DNA of 64,000 nucleotides from an uncultured Gemmatimonadales bacterium (GTDB taxonomy: Bacteria; Gemmatimonadota; Gemmatimonadetes; Gemmatimonadales; GWC2-71-9). The stretch covers positions 192,001 to 256,000 of the forward strand of contig CAWJIM010000019.1 in assembly GCA_963842945.1 (NCBI GenBank). The letters are read 5' to 3'. The notes beneath the pieces are model-generated. The model saw only the letters and a list, made by a program, of their open reading frames with translations, did no database searches and had not been told where the DNA came from. A program made the position numbers and the translations under genes. Positions 51,746 through 62,916 of this stretch are shown one piece after another (within the stretch, counting starts at the first letter, position 1; every line of letters begins with the position of its first letter).

Positions 51746-54700
51746 CTAGCGGTTGAGGGTGAGGGAGAAGACGTACGAGCGGCTCTGGGGGTTGTTGAAG
51801 TAGTCGAAGCCGCGCGCCGGACTGGCCGACCCCAGCAGTGACGTCTCGGGATCAACGCCGGTGTAATCGGTCCAGGTCTGGAGATTCCGCCCCGCAACGC
51901 GCAGCTCCATGCTGCTGAAGCCGAGCACTTTGTTGACCCAGGGCGAGTCGAACAAGTAACCCACCGAGACCTCGCGCAGCTTGACGAAGCTGGCGCTCTC
52001 GTTGAACTGCGACTTCGGGCCGTTGAAGATGCCGCCGCTCCCGGTGAACCAGGCCTGGCCGATCGGAACCGCCATGCCGGCGCCGGGACCCGCCACCGGC
52101 TCGTCGTTGAAGTAGGTGTCACCGAAGACGAAGTTCCCTCCGTCCCGCATGACCTGAGACTCCTTGGAAGTGCCAAAGTGGTTCAGCGCCCCCTTGGTCT
52201 GGTTGCTGGCCACGCCGCCCTGGCGGATGTCCACCAGCCCGCCGATGGAAAACTTCTGGATCCGGAACGAGGTGCGGACCGACCCGGTCCAGTCCGGGTT
52301 CGGATCGCCGATGACGTAGTTGCCGGCGTTATCGGCTTGGGGGTAACCGGTCGAGTCGATGTACAGCGCGCCCGCCGGCGCGCCCTGGCACTGCCCTGCC
52401 GTATTGTCGATATCGATTCCGGCGTAGGTGAGGCCCCGGCCACAGCGAACGAAGTCGGTGCCGTAGTACACGCCGAGAGGCTGGTCCTTCATGGCTACGG
52501 CCTGGATCCCGGTCAGGCCGTTGTTACCTCCGCTGATCGGGAAGGGAACAAACTGTACGCCGGCCAGATCGAGCACCCGGCTCCGGTTGGTGGCAAACTG
52601 GAGCCCGAGATCCCAGGAGAAGGTCCGGGTGGTGACCGGCCGGAGGTTCAGCGCAACCTCCACCCCCGACGTTTCTCAGCTCCGCCGCATTGGACGGCTT
52701 CTGGGTGTAGCCGCTGCTGCCGGCGACGGGCAGGTTCAGGATGACGTCGCTGGAGACGGCTCGATACCAGGTAACGCCGAGGTCGGCCTTGTCCTGCCAC
52801 AGACCGAGGTCGAATCCGGTCTCGAATTCCTTCACCCGCTCGGGACCGAGATCGCTGGTGGGAAGGTTGTAGCTGGAGATGAGACCGCCTGCCCCGTTCT
52901 GCTGGGTCGAGACCGCCGGTCCCCAGCCTCCATCGGTTCCGTTCCAGCCGCCGAACATGACGCTGGAGAGCAGGTACGGCGCCGGCTGGGTCCCGCTCTG
53001 GCCGTAGGCCGCCCGCAGCTTGCCGTAGGTCAGGAAGCGGTCGGTGCCCTCGGCGCTCCGGAAGAACGTCCAGGCCGCGCTGCCCTTGGGGTACCAGTTG
53101 TGCCGCGTGGTCTCACCGAAGGTGGACGCCCCGTCGTTCCTGACGGCGGCGGTGAGGAACAGCTGATCCCACAGGTCGGCGGAGACCTGGGCGAAGTACG
53201 ACTCCAGCCGGATCGTCTGCTGGTAGTCGTAGGGCGGCAGCTGGGCCGAAGTGTTGCCCAGGTTGAACGGCTGAGGGGCGATGAGTCCGGTGCCCAGCGT
53301 CTGCCGCGTTTGATAGTCGTTGGAGTTGAGGTTCTGGCCCACCGTCACCGCCCCGCTCCAGTCGGGACTCAGCTTGTAGCGAGCCGTGGCAGTGAGGTTG
53401 TGGTCGATCTGGAAGGTCTTGATGTAGCCGGCGTTGACCCCTCCCACTCCATTGACGCCTACCACGGTCGTGTTCGAGGTGCTCCAGGGCCACGCCTGGG
53501 TGCGCTCGTCGTTGGCGTAGTCGGCGCCGAGGGTGTAGTTGAACGACAGCCACGAGGTGGCGGCGAACTCGGCGTTGATCCCGCCGTAAGTACGCCCTAC
53601 CTCCGACTTGTTGAACGACTCATTGGCGACGAAGAACGGGTTGTCGTAGCTCCGCGACCGTTGCTCCGAGCCGGCCGCCGGGTTGGGGAACCGGTATGAG
53701 CGGTGCAGGCCGGTGACCGGATCGAGATAGGGCTGGTTGTTGAAGTCGGGGGGCGTGCGCCAGGCGCCCAGCAGGAGCCCGTCGGTGCTGTTGCGGCTGG
53801 TGATGAAGCCGCCGTTGCCGTCGGCGTAGGCGATGTTCGCCCCGACCTTCAGATTGTCGAAGACCCGGTGGGACCCGTTGAAGCGAAACGAGAATCGGTC
53901 GAACTTGTCGTTGTTGCCGGTAATAATGCCGCGCTGATTGGTAGCACCAGCCGACAGGAAGAAGGTGGTCCGGTCATTCCCGCCGGAAACCGTCAGCGCG
54001 TTGTCAAAGGTGTGGCCCTCCTGAAACATCTCGTCAGAGTGACCGAAGCTCGGGGCGCCACTGGCAATCGCCGGGCCCCAGCTTCCCGCCTCATCGAAGC
54101 CGACGCCGCAGTTCGGCGTGCTGCCCGATACGCAGACCGGGGCCACTCCGCTCAGCCCGAGGCCATACGTCCGCTGCAGCTCGGGCACCCTGGCCACCTG
54201 ATCGAACGAGGCCTGGCTCCTGAGGGAATACTTGGTGGGGCCGGGGCGTCCCTTCTTGGTGGTAATCAGGATGACGCCCTGACCCGCCCGCGACCCGTAG
54301 ATGGCGCCCGATGCGGCTCCTTTCAGCACCTCCACGTTCTCGATGTCATTGGGGTTGATGTCGGCCGCGCGATTCGAGGGGGCCGCGCTCGAGTTGAGTG
54401 AAGCGACGTTGGGGTTGTTGTAGCTGATCGAGTTGTCGACCGGTACCCCATCCACGATGATCAGCGGCTGAGCATCCGCGCCGCTGACGCCGCTGCCGGC
54501 GCTGATGGTGGTCTGTCCCCGGATCAGGATGCTGGACGAGGCTCCAGGATCGCCCGAGCTGGAGACCACCGTGACATTCGGGGCCTTTGCCGCCAGCGCG
54601 TTGATCACATTGGGCTCCGCGCTCCGTACGATCGAGAGCGAATCCACGCTGCTTCGCCCGGTGCCGAGCTTCTCCACCTCGCTGACGGTGCCGGCGCCGG

Positions 54701-55082
54701 TAACGACCAGCTCGCCCAGCTGCAGCGGATTGTCGGCCAGGCTGAAGTCCTGCACCGCAGAGCCGCGGGTGAGATCGACCTGGGCCGAACGCGGCTTGTA
54801 GCCGACGAGACGGACCGTCACGACCACCGGAGCCGACGGAACCCGCGCGCCCGGGATGAGGATGGTATAGCTCCCGTCCGGACGGGTGGATGCTCCGGCA
54901 CCCAGTTGCTCGATGGTGACGCCGGCTGAGGGAAGGGGCTGTCCGGCGTCGGTGGTCACCCGGCCAGTCAGGGTAACCGGCTGCTGAGCCGGCAGCGCGC
55001 CCGGGAGTAGAGCCAGCCCCAGAAGTGCCAGCCCGGCGAGCCGCAGCCGATCGCGCAAATGATCAAACGATGAACGTGCCAT
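51746..55082 (-). CDS. susC: SusC/RagA TonB-dependent transporter; frameshift near 52670
   Basis: [66 protein letters not shown]. Confidence 0.93.
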
Positions 55083-55122
55083 GTGTCCTCCGTGTAGCGA
55101 AGCAAGACTCTGACGAGGTGAA

Positions 55123-55780
55123 TCAGGGACGAAAGCGGTAGCCCCAGGCCAGTGCGGTCAGGATGTGACGAGGATTGGCGGGATCTTCCTCCAGCTTGCG
55201 ACGAAGCCGCGCGATGTGTGTGTCGACCGCACGACGGCTCACCGCGGTACCGGACCCCCAGACCTCCCCCAGCAGCTCCATCCGCGAGGCAATGGCGCCC
55301 CGGCGCCGCATCAGGGCGAGCAGCAGCCGAAATTCGGTGTGAGTGACCCGCACCGGTTGCCCGTCGCGAAGAACCGTCTGGGTGGCCGGTTCTACCATCA
55401 CGGTGCCAAAGCGAATGGTGCCGCTCCAGGCGGCGGACGCGGCGGCGGGAAGCCGACGAGTCCGCTGCAACAGCTCCTGGACCCGGGCGATCAGCTCACG
55501 CACCACCGTGACGTCAGCCGAACCGGCCTCTTCCGGCTGGGGCGCGGTGCCGACCGTATCCACCAGAATCGGCGCCGGAGTGGCGACCTGATACTCGTGG
55601 ACGACCGGCCGGGCTTCTCCGTGCGATGGAGAATCGGCCGGTGGCCCGAGGCCGTTGAGATCCATCCCTTCCATCCCCGAAGTGCCGTTGGGGGTTGGGG
55701 CCGGCGATGACTGCGGCCGGGGATCGTCGTCGATGATGAGAATTCGCGTAGCGCCTCCGAGGCACCGCGATGGCGGTCAT
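55123..55780 (-). CDS. OmpR/PhoB winged-helix regulator with vestigial receiver; frameshift near 55755
   Basis: THTEFRLL, ELLGEVWG, VDTHIARLRRKLE, TALAWGYRF; N-terminal RILIIDDD. Confidence 0.8.
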
Positions 55781-55935
55781 GACACCCCGGTGACGTTCGG
55801 GGCGACGCTACGATAGGATTGGCGGGCTAGGTGAAGAACAGGATGGGAGCGGAATGCTACTGGAGAGACATGAACCGCTGGTTCGCCGGCACGAAAACGG
55901 AACAACGGTTCAAGTTCCGACACACGTCCGACGTT

Positions 55936-56283
55936 TCAGATCGAGCGCTCACCGCCTTCCTTGAGGGCGTCCAGCTGGCGGGCCATCGTGTCGGCCCGCA
56001 GATCGAAATGAGAGCCGTGCCAGGCCGGAACGCCGGCTCTGAGAATGATCGCCTGGGGGGACGCATGCACGATGCCGAGCCGCTCGGCGATGTAGCGGGA
56101 GAGCGGGCGGGAATGGATCACATCGACGAGGTACACCGGCACATCCTGCTGCAGCCGCCGCAGCGAGCGAATCTCCTCCAAGGCAATTCCGCTCGTGGGA
56201 CAGATGGGGCTGTGCTTATAGACTACGGCGAGTGGTTCCGCCAGTGCGGTAGCCACATCAGCTTCGGTATCGAGTTTCTGCAT
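55936..56283 (-). CDS. ytxJ: YtxJ-like thioredoxin-fold (monothiol) protein
   Basis: YKHSPICPTS, RPLSRYIAERLGIVHASPQ, WHGSH. Confidence 0.85.
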   Translation of the reverse strand: MQKLDTEADVATALAEPLAVVYKHSPICPTSGIALEEIRSLRRLQQDVPVYLVDVIHSRPLSRYIAERLGIVHASPQAIILRAGVPAWHGSHFDLRADTMARQLDALKEGGERSI

Positions 56284-56325
56284 CTCTCATCTCACGTTCC
56301 GTCGTTCCCCACGTTCCGGCGTTCC

Positions 56326-58575
56326 TCACGTCAGCCGCATGCGCTCGAGCAGCCGGTGGAAACGGGCATCGTCCCGAATGCCGTCGAGCATCGGCTCGAT
56401 CTTCAGATACGCCAGCCAGCCACGCCGGTCCTGATACGCCTTGTCCAGCCACTCGAACGCCAGGTCTCGCTGGTCGAGCGTAACATACAACTGGGCCTGC
56501 GCCACCGGTGACACGTAGCGTAGTTTGGCCCTCGCCTCCAGCTCACCCAGGACGGCCCGCGCCTCGTCCACTCGCCCCCGGCGGGCGGCCACGTGCCCCA
56601 GGCCCCCCAGCGCCAGCGCATCGTTCGGCGAATTGGCGAGTGCCTCCTTGAAGGCAGCCGCCGCTTCGTCCAGCGACCCCTGTTGCAGGTAGACCAGCCC
56701 AAGCAGGCGGTGGGTTTCCTCTGCCGTCGGATCCATGGCAAGGCCGCGCCTCAGATTGTCCAGGGCCGCATCGTGCTGCCGGGCGTAATACTGCAGCCAG
56801 CCCATGCTCCGCCGGATCGAGACCGAGGCGGGGTCGAGCTCGATGGCCATTCGCCCGTGCTCCAGCGACTCCTCGAATCGCCCCATCGCGGCGAGAAACC
56901 AGGAGTACCACTGGTGAGCGGTCGAGTAGCGAGGGTTGAGCTCCACCGCACGGCGGAACTGCCGCTCGGCACCGGCCCAATCCCAGTCATAGATAAAGGT
57001 CACCCAACCCAACGAGGTGTGAGCCTCGGCCAGGGTTTCGTCCAGCGCGATTGCCTTGCGAGCCTCCGCTTTGGCCCGCTCCATCCCCTCGAACACGGGC
57101 GCGCCCTTGTAGTCGAGGTCCAGGGCGTAGGAATCGGCCAGCCCGCTGTAGGCCAGGGCGTAACCGGGATCTTCGGCGATGGCCTGCTCGAAATACCGAA
57201 TGCCCTCCCTGATTCCCTCCTGGGTGCGGCGGTTCCAGCAGAAGCGTCCTTTCAGGTACAGGCTATAGGCCTTCACATTGGCGGTGTAGCGGACCGGCGT
57301 CGGATCCCCCAGGTCGCCCAGCAGCGTTGCTCTAAGGGTCCGCACGATAGTACCCGCGATCTCATCCTGAATCGCAAAGACGTCGGACATTTCGCGGTCG
57401 TAGCGCTCCGACCAGAGCAGGCGCCCGTCACTCACCCGGCTGAGCTGGATTGTGATGCGGATCCGGTTGCCCGATGTCCGCACCGTGCCGTCGAGCACGG
57501 TGGTGACGTTGAGCCGGCTGCCCAGGGTCCGCACGTCTTCCCGCAGGCTCTTGAGCGCGAACACCGACGTGCGGGAGGCGACCTGCAAACCCTCGACCTT
57601 GCTCAGCGCGGTGATCAGCTCGTCGGTCATGCCGTCGCTGAAATACTCGTTCTCCGGATCGGCGCTCGAGTTGACGAAGGGCAGCACGGCGATGCTACGC
57701 TGGTCGAGGGGACCCGTCATCGGTATGGCGGTCGGCGCCGGAGCAACCAGCGCGTCGCAAAACTCCGCCATCGTGGCAAACCGTTCCGACGGGGACTTGG
57801 CGAGCGCCCGCTGCAGCGCAAGCTCGACCGCCAGCGGAACGGTCGGCCGAAGCGAGCGGATGGGGACCGGAGGCTCGATGGCATGACGGGCCATTGTCGC
57901 CCGAGCGCCCGAGCCGGCAAAGGGAGGCTGGCCCGCCAACATCTCGTACAGCACACAGGCCAGGCTGTAGAGATCGCTTCGGCCATCCAGGTCGCGCTCG
58001 GCGCTGGCCTGTTCCGGGCTCATGTATGTAGGCGTGCCCACCGCAAAGCCGCGATCGGTGATGTAGATGTTGTCTCCGCCTGCGGCCGACATGGCCGTGG
58101 CCACCCCGAAGTCGGCCACCACCGGCTCCCCTTCCTGGAGCAGGATATTCTCCGGCTTGATGTCGCGATGGATGACGTGATGCCGGTGGGCATACCCGAG
58201 CGCCGTGCCCACGGCCCGGGTGATCCGGAGTGCCGCATCGATCGGCAGCTGGCCCTCGCGGTGCAACCGGTCCCGCAGACTCTCGCAGCCGGCATAGGGC
58301 ATCACGAAATACAGCAGCCCGTCGCATTCCCCGGAGTCATGGACCGGAAGGATCTGGGGATGAGAAAGCCGGGCTGCAATCCGGATCTCGCGAAGGAAGC
58401 GCTGGGGCTCGTACGAATGGCCGGGGGCGGGCAGCATGACCTTGATGGCGACCTTGCGACCGTGCTTCAGGTCCTCAGCCAGGTACACCGAAGCCATTCC
58501 TCCGTGACCGATCTCTTCTTCGATTCGGTAGCGATCGGCCACGGCGGCTCGCAGCTGTTCTGGCACGGCGGGCAT
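56326..58575 (-). CDS. Ser/Thr kinase with TolB-like domain and TPRs
   Basis: GHGGMA, HRDIKPEN, DFG, SPEQ; SIAVLPFVN...YFSDGMTDELI; TPR repeats. Confidence 0.95.
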   Translation of the reverse strand: MPAVPEQLRAAVADRYRIEEEIGHGGMASVYLAEDLKHGRKVAIKVMLPAPGHSYEPQRFLREIRIAARLSHPQILPVHDSGECDGLLYFVMPYAGCESLRDRLHREGQLPIDAALRITRAVGTALGYAHRHHVIHRDIKPENILLQEGEPVVADFGVATAMSAAGGDNIYITDRGFAVGTPTYMSPEQASAERDLDGRSDLYSLACVLYEMLAGQPPFAGSGARATMARHAIEPPVPIRSLRPTVPLAVELALQRALAKSPSERFATMAEFCDALVAPAPTAIPMTGPLDQRSIAVLPFVNSSADPENEYFSDGMTDELITALSKVEGLQVASRTSVFALKSLREDVRTLGSRLNVTTVLDGTVRTSGNRIRITIQLSRVSDGRLLWSERYDREMSDVFAIQDEIAGTIVRTLRATLLGDLGDPTPVRYTANVKAYSLYLKGRFCWNRRTQEGIREGIRYFEQAIAEDPGYALAYSGLADSYALDLDYKGAPVFEGMERAKAEARKAIALDETLAEAHTSLGWVTFIYDWDWAGAERQFRRAVELNPRYSTAHQWYSWFLAAMGRFEESLEHGRMAIELDPASVSIRRSMGWLQYYARQHDAALDNLRRGLAMDPTAEETHRLLGLVYLQQGSLDEAAAAFKEALANSPNDALALGGLGHVAARRGRVDEARAVLGELEARAKLRYVSPVAQAQLYVTLDQRDLAFEWLDKAYQDRRGWLAYLKIEPMLDGIRDDARFHRLLERMRLT

Positions 58576-58590
58576 GCAATGGAAGATACC

Positions 58591-59412
58591 CTATAGACCC
58601 TCCACAAATTGACGAATGCTGCCGAAGTACGTAGCGGAGTCGAGCTCGAACGCATCGCCGTGGCCGCCGTTGAGCTCGACGAATGTCTTCGGCGGCGAAG
58701 CGGTCTCGAACAGCCGGCGGCCGTGTGCCAGGGGAACCACGTCATCAGCCCGGGCGTGGAGGAAAAGCTTGGGGATGTTGACCCGTGAGATCTTGTCTAT
58801 GGAGGAAAACCGGCTGCGTCCGATCCATCGGACCGGGATATAAGGATAGAGCTCGGCGCCCCGCTCGATCACCGACGTGAGCGCGCCCTCCAGAATCAGC
58901 GCCGCCGCGGGAACCCGGCTGGCCAGGTCGACCGCAACGGTCGAGCCCAGCGAGTGGCCGAACACGATGATCCGCTCCGGCGGAACCCGCAATTCACCCC
59001 GCAGGTACTGATAGGCCGCACCGGCGTCCTGGTAGAGCCCGGCTTCGGAAGGCGCACCTTCGCTCTCGCCATATCCTCTATAGTCAAATGCGAGCAGACT
59101 CAGGCCCAGGGCGTGGAGACCGGCGTAATGGGCCGGTCTGCCGAACTCCGACAGATTGCCCGCGTTCCCGTGGCAGATGAGCACCCAGTAGCCGGTCGAA
59201 TCCGCTCCAGCCGGGATGACCCAGCTTCCCAGGGTGAGGCCATCTTCGGTCCGAATGGCAGCGCGCCGCACCGGCAGCTGCAGCTCAGCCGGTGGATCAA
59301 TGAGCCGGCGTACAGATCCTGGGAAATAGATGAGCCGGGATTCGTTCAGCCGGAGCAGAAGCAGCAGTCCGAGGTAGGCGATCGCCACCAGGAGGATGAG
59401 GTTCCAGGCCAT
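58591..59412 (-). CDS. Alpha/beta hydrolase (ABHD13/YfhR-like)
   Basis: N-terminal TM; HGNAGN, DYRGYG, GHSLG, DDVVP, GGH. Confidence 0.9.
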   Translation of the reverse strand: MAWNLILLVAIAYLGLLLLLRLNESRLIYFPGSVRRLIDPPAELQLPVRRAAIRTEDGLTLGSWVIPAGADSTGYWVLICHGNAGNLSEFGRPAHYAGLHALGLSLLAFDYRGYGESEGAPSEAGLYQDAGAAYQYLRGELRVPPERIIVFGHSLGSTVAVDLASRVPAAALILEGALTSVIERGAELYPYIPVRWIGRSRFSSIDKISRVNIPKLFLHARADDVVPLAHGRRLFETASPPKTFVELNGGHGDAFELDSATYFGSIRQFVEGL

Positions 59413-59416
59413 GCGT

Positions 59417-59488
59417 CGTGAGGAACGTGGGGTACCGGAGGAACGTGGGGACGTTCCGTCGTTCCTCACGTTCCGTCGTTCCTCACGT
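59417..59488. repeat. GGAACG-core tandem repeat palindrome
   Basis: CGTGAGGAACGTGGGG...GGAACGTGGGG / CGTTCCGTCGTTCCTCACGTTCCGTCGTTCCTCACG. Confidence 0.75.
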
Positions 59489-61614
59489 CAAGCTGGATAG
59501 TAGTGGCCCGAGCGGCGAGACATCTCGAGGAGCGCGGGGGCGGGACGGAACCGCTCCCCAAATTGTTCCTGCAGCTGGTACAGGGTCTCGACCACGCGCC
59601 CTGCGCCGAGGTCATCGATCATCCGAAGGGGTCCGCCTCGAAAGGCGGGGAATCCAATCCCGAATATCGCGCCGATATCGGCATCGCGCGGAGACCGCAC
59701 CACCTTCTCGGCGCAGGCCAGAGCAGCTTCGTTCAGCATGGCATACACCAGCCGGCGCTGCACCAGATCGGAGTGAGCCTCCGCCGGCTTCACGCCGAGT
59801 AGGGGATACACACTGCTGTCGACGCCCGCCTTGTGCCCCTCGCGATACTTGTAGAAGCCGCGGCCGTTTTTTCGCCCGAGGCGGGTGGCGCCCAGCATCC
59901 GGCTCAGCGCGCCCGCGGGCTTCATCCGCTCGCCGAATGCCTCGTGCATCACGCTCCCCGCCTTGTCGGCGACGTCCAGCCCAACCTCATCCAGCAACGC
60001 GACAGGACCTACCGGAAAACCGAACGCGGTCATGGCTTGATCGATGACCGGGATGGGTACCCCATCCTGCAGCAGATGTCCCGCCTCATTGAGGTAGGGT
60101 GACAGGATCCGGTTAACCCAGAAGCCGGGCTTGTCGGCCACCACGATTACCGTTTTCCCCATTCGCCGGCCGAACCTGACTGCGGTAACCAGCGTGTCGC
60201 CGGAGGTGGCTTCTGTCGGAATAACCTCGACCAGCGGCATCCGCTCCACCGGCGAGAAGAAGTGCATCCCCAGCACCCGTTCCGGCCGGCGGGCGTTCTC
60301 GGCGATGCGGCCGATGGGAATAGTGGAAGTGTTGGTGGCAAAAATGGCGTCCGGCCGCACCACCGCCTCGACTTCCGCGAGCACCTTGCGCTTGACCTCG
60401 AGATCCTCGAAGACGGCTTCGATTACCAGATCGGCCCGCTGAAATCCGCTGTAGTCGGCCGAGCCGGAGAGCAAGGCGCTGAGCCGCTCGTACTGGGGAC
60501 GGGTCAGCCTTCGCTTTTGCAGCCGGTCGCTCAGCAGGCGGTTGGCCGCCTTCAGTCCCTTCCCCACCCGCGTCAGGTCGGAATCCTTGAGCCGGGTGTC
60601 GACCTCGACGTTCAGCACGGCGGTGCCGGCGATACCGGATCCCATGAACCCGGAGCCGATGATGCCAAGTCGCCGGATCTGTCTCGGCGTGGCGGAGCCG
60701 GGAGTGACACCGTCGTCCTTCTTGAGCGCAGTCGTCGCAAAGAAGATCTGCACCAGCTTGCGCGATACATCGCCCACAGCGAGCTCGCCGAAGGCGCGAT
60801 GCTCCTCGGCCAGGCCCGCGGTGACTCCCTGCTCCAGGCCCACCCGAACCACCTCGAGTGCAGCGAGCGGCGCGGGGTAATGTCCGCCGGTGCGCTTCAG
60901 GACCTGTTTTCGGGCGCCCCGATACACCAGGCGCCGTCCCAGCCCCGTCCGGTCGAGCAGCAACCCTGCAGCTCCGCCCTTGGGCCGACGCTGGGGCAGT
61001 CCCTCGCGGGCCAGGCGATCCGCGGCCGAGACCGCCACCCGCCGCAGAATGCTGGGCGAGACCAGCTCATCCACCAGACCGAGCCGCAGCGCCTTGGCGG
61101 CGCGCTCGCTCCTGCCGGTGAGAATCATGTCGAGTGCTGCCCGCACTCCGATGAGACGGGGAAGCCGCTGGCATCCGCCGGCCCCGGGAATGAGGCCGAG
61201 CTGCACCTCCGGGAGTCCGAGCTGGGTCTTGGGATGATCGGTGGCAATCCGGTAGTGGCAGGCCAGCGCAACCTCGAGTCCGCCGCCGAGGCAGGCACCA
61301 TGGATGGCGGCGACAATCGGCTTATGGAAGGTCTCGACCCGGCTTACCGTCTCCTGGCCTTCGAAGCTCAACCGCTCGGCCGCATCCTGGCTGGTGAGGG
61401 CGGTGAACTCTTCGATATCGGCCCCGGCGATGAAGTTGTCGGGCTTTCCCGAGATGAGAACGACGCCACGGGTGCTGGCGTCGTCGCGCAGGCGAATCAG
61501 CAGTGCCTCGATCTCGACCCTCACCGCGGCGGTGAGCTTGTTGACCGGCTCGCCCGGCAAGTCGAAGGTGATCACGGCAATGCCGTTTTCGTTCTGGGTG
61601 GTGAAGGCGCTCAC
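59488..61614 (-). CDS. fadJ: Fatty acid oxidation complex alpha subunit
   Basis: FIAGADI, GACLGGGLE, LGLPEVQLGLIPGAGG, GSGFMG, EAVFE, TNTST, HFFSPV, GRKNGRGFY; GTG overlaps fadI stop. Confidence 0.92.
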   Translation of the reverse strand: MSAFTTQNENGIAVITFDLPGEPVNKLTAAVRVEIEALLIRLRDDASTRGVVLISGKPDNFIAGADIEEFTALTSQDAAERLSFEGQETVSRVETFHKPIVAAIHGACLGGGLEVALACHYRIATDHPKTQLGLPEVQLGLIPGAGGCQRLPRLIGVRAALDMILTGRSERAAKALRLGLVDELVSPSILRRVAVSAADRLAREGLPQRRPKGGAAGLLLDRTGLGRRLVYRGARKQVLKRTGGHYPAPLAALEVVRVGLEQGVTAGLAEEHRAFGELAVGDVSRKLVQIFFATTALKKDDGVTPGSATPRQIRRLGIIGSGFMGSGIAGTAVLNVEVDTRLKDSDLTRVGKGLKAANRLLSDRLQKRRLTRPQYERLSALLSGSADYSGFQRADLVIEAVFEDLEVKRKVLAEVEAVVRPDAIFATNTSTIPIGRIAENARRPERVLGMHFFSPVERMPLVEVIPTEATSGDTLVTAVRFGRRMGKTVIVVADKPGFWVNRILSPYLNEAGHLLQDGVPIPVIDQAMTAFGFPVGPVALLDEVGLDVADKAGSVMHEAFGERMKPAGALSRMLGATRLGRKNGRGFYKYREGHKAGVDSSVYPLLGVKPAEAHSDLVQRRLVYAMLNEAALACAEKVVRSPRDADIGAIFGIGFPAFRGGPLRMIDDLGAGRVVETLYQLQEQFGERFRPAPALLEMSRRSGHYYPA

Positions 61615-62907
61615 ACCCTCTCCAGCACCATGGCGTACCCCATCCCGCCCTGGGCGCAGATCGAGAGGAGCCCGAACTGCACATCGCGCCGGCGCATCTC
61701 GTTGGCCAGCGTGGTGACCAGCCGGGCACCGGTTGCGCCGAAGGGATGCCCGATTGCAATGGAGCCGCCGGAGACGTTGGTCCGTTCCCAATCCACCTCA
61801 CCCACGGGCCCGGGGAGCCCCAGCCGATCGGCCCAGGCCTGCGAGCCCCAGGCCTGCACATTGGAGAGGACCTGGGCGGCAAAGGCCTCGTGAATCTCGA
61901 CCAGCCCGAGATCCTTCCAGCTGAGCCCGGCCCGCTCCAGCGCCTTGGGCACGGCGTAGACCGGGCCCATGAGCAGCTGCCAGCCGGGATCCACCGCCGC
62001 AACCGCGTAGCTTCGGATGTACGCCAGCGGCTCGTGTCCCAAGCGCTCGAGCCGTGTCCTCGCCCATCAGGAGGACGGCCGCGGCACCGTCGGTCAGCGG
62101 CGATGAGTTGCCCGCGGTCACGCTGCCGTATTTCCGGTCGAAGACCGGCTTGAGCTTGGCCAGGGCCTCGAGCGAGGTGTCCGCGCGGATGCCGTTGTCC
62201 TCTCGAACGACCTGATCCATGTCCTTTCCGGAAAACCAGGGCGCGATCTCCGCGGGCAGGCGGCCATCGGCGGTGGCCGCGCTCGCCCGTTGGTGGCTCA
62301 TATAGGCGATCCGATCCTGCTCCTCGCGGCTGATCCCGTTTTCCTTGGCCATCTTCTCCGCCGACTGGCCCATGGTTTCGCCGGTGGAAGGCTCCGCGAT
62401 GGCGGGTGTGACCGGGATCAGGTCACGTGGCCGCACCTGTCCCATGGAGGCCAACCGACCGCCCAGGCTCTTGGCCTTGCTCGCCTCGACCAGGACCCGG
62501 CTGAACCGGCGGGAATGAAGGATCGGCAAGTCCGAGAGTGATTCCACGCCGCCCGCCAGCACCACGTCAGCGTGTCCCAAGCTGATCTGGTCGGCCGCGT
62601 TGTTGATGGCCTGAGCCGCAGAGGCACACGCCCGATTTATGGTATAGGCCGGGATGCTGGGCGGAAGCTGGGGCAGGAGACTGACCTCACGAGCCACGTT
62701 GGGCGTGAGGACCGAGGGCACGACCTGGCTGAACACGACCTCATCGACCTCACGGCCGTCCACCTCGCTGCGATAGAGCAGCTCCCGCGCGGCGTGGCGC
62801 GCCAGGGCGACCGCGCTCACGTCCCGGAACAGGGTGCCGCTCTTGGCGAATGGAGTCCGGATGCCGGCGACAACCGCGACGCGCCGGCCGCCGTTGGTTT
62901 CAGCCAT
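61611..62907 (-). CDS. fadI: Acetyl-CoA C-acyltransferase (thiolase); frameshift near 62040
   Basis: RTPFAK, INRACAS, TAGNSSPLTDGA, HEAFAAQ, GHPFGATG, CAQGGMG. Confidence 0.92.
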
Positions 62908-62916
62908 GTTGTCCCT

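Noticed and set aside
6827..61893. Long antisense or alternate-frame ORFs (e.g. 6827..8293, 14608..16224, 42669..44120, 56593..58596, 60262..61893)
   Set aside because: Shadow ORFs of real high-GC genes with no recognisable motifs.
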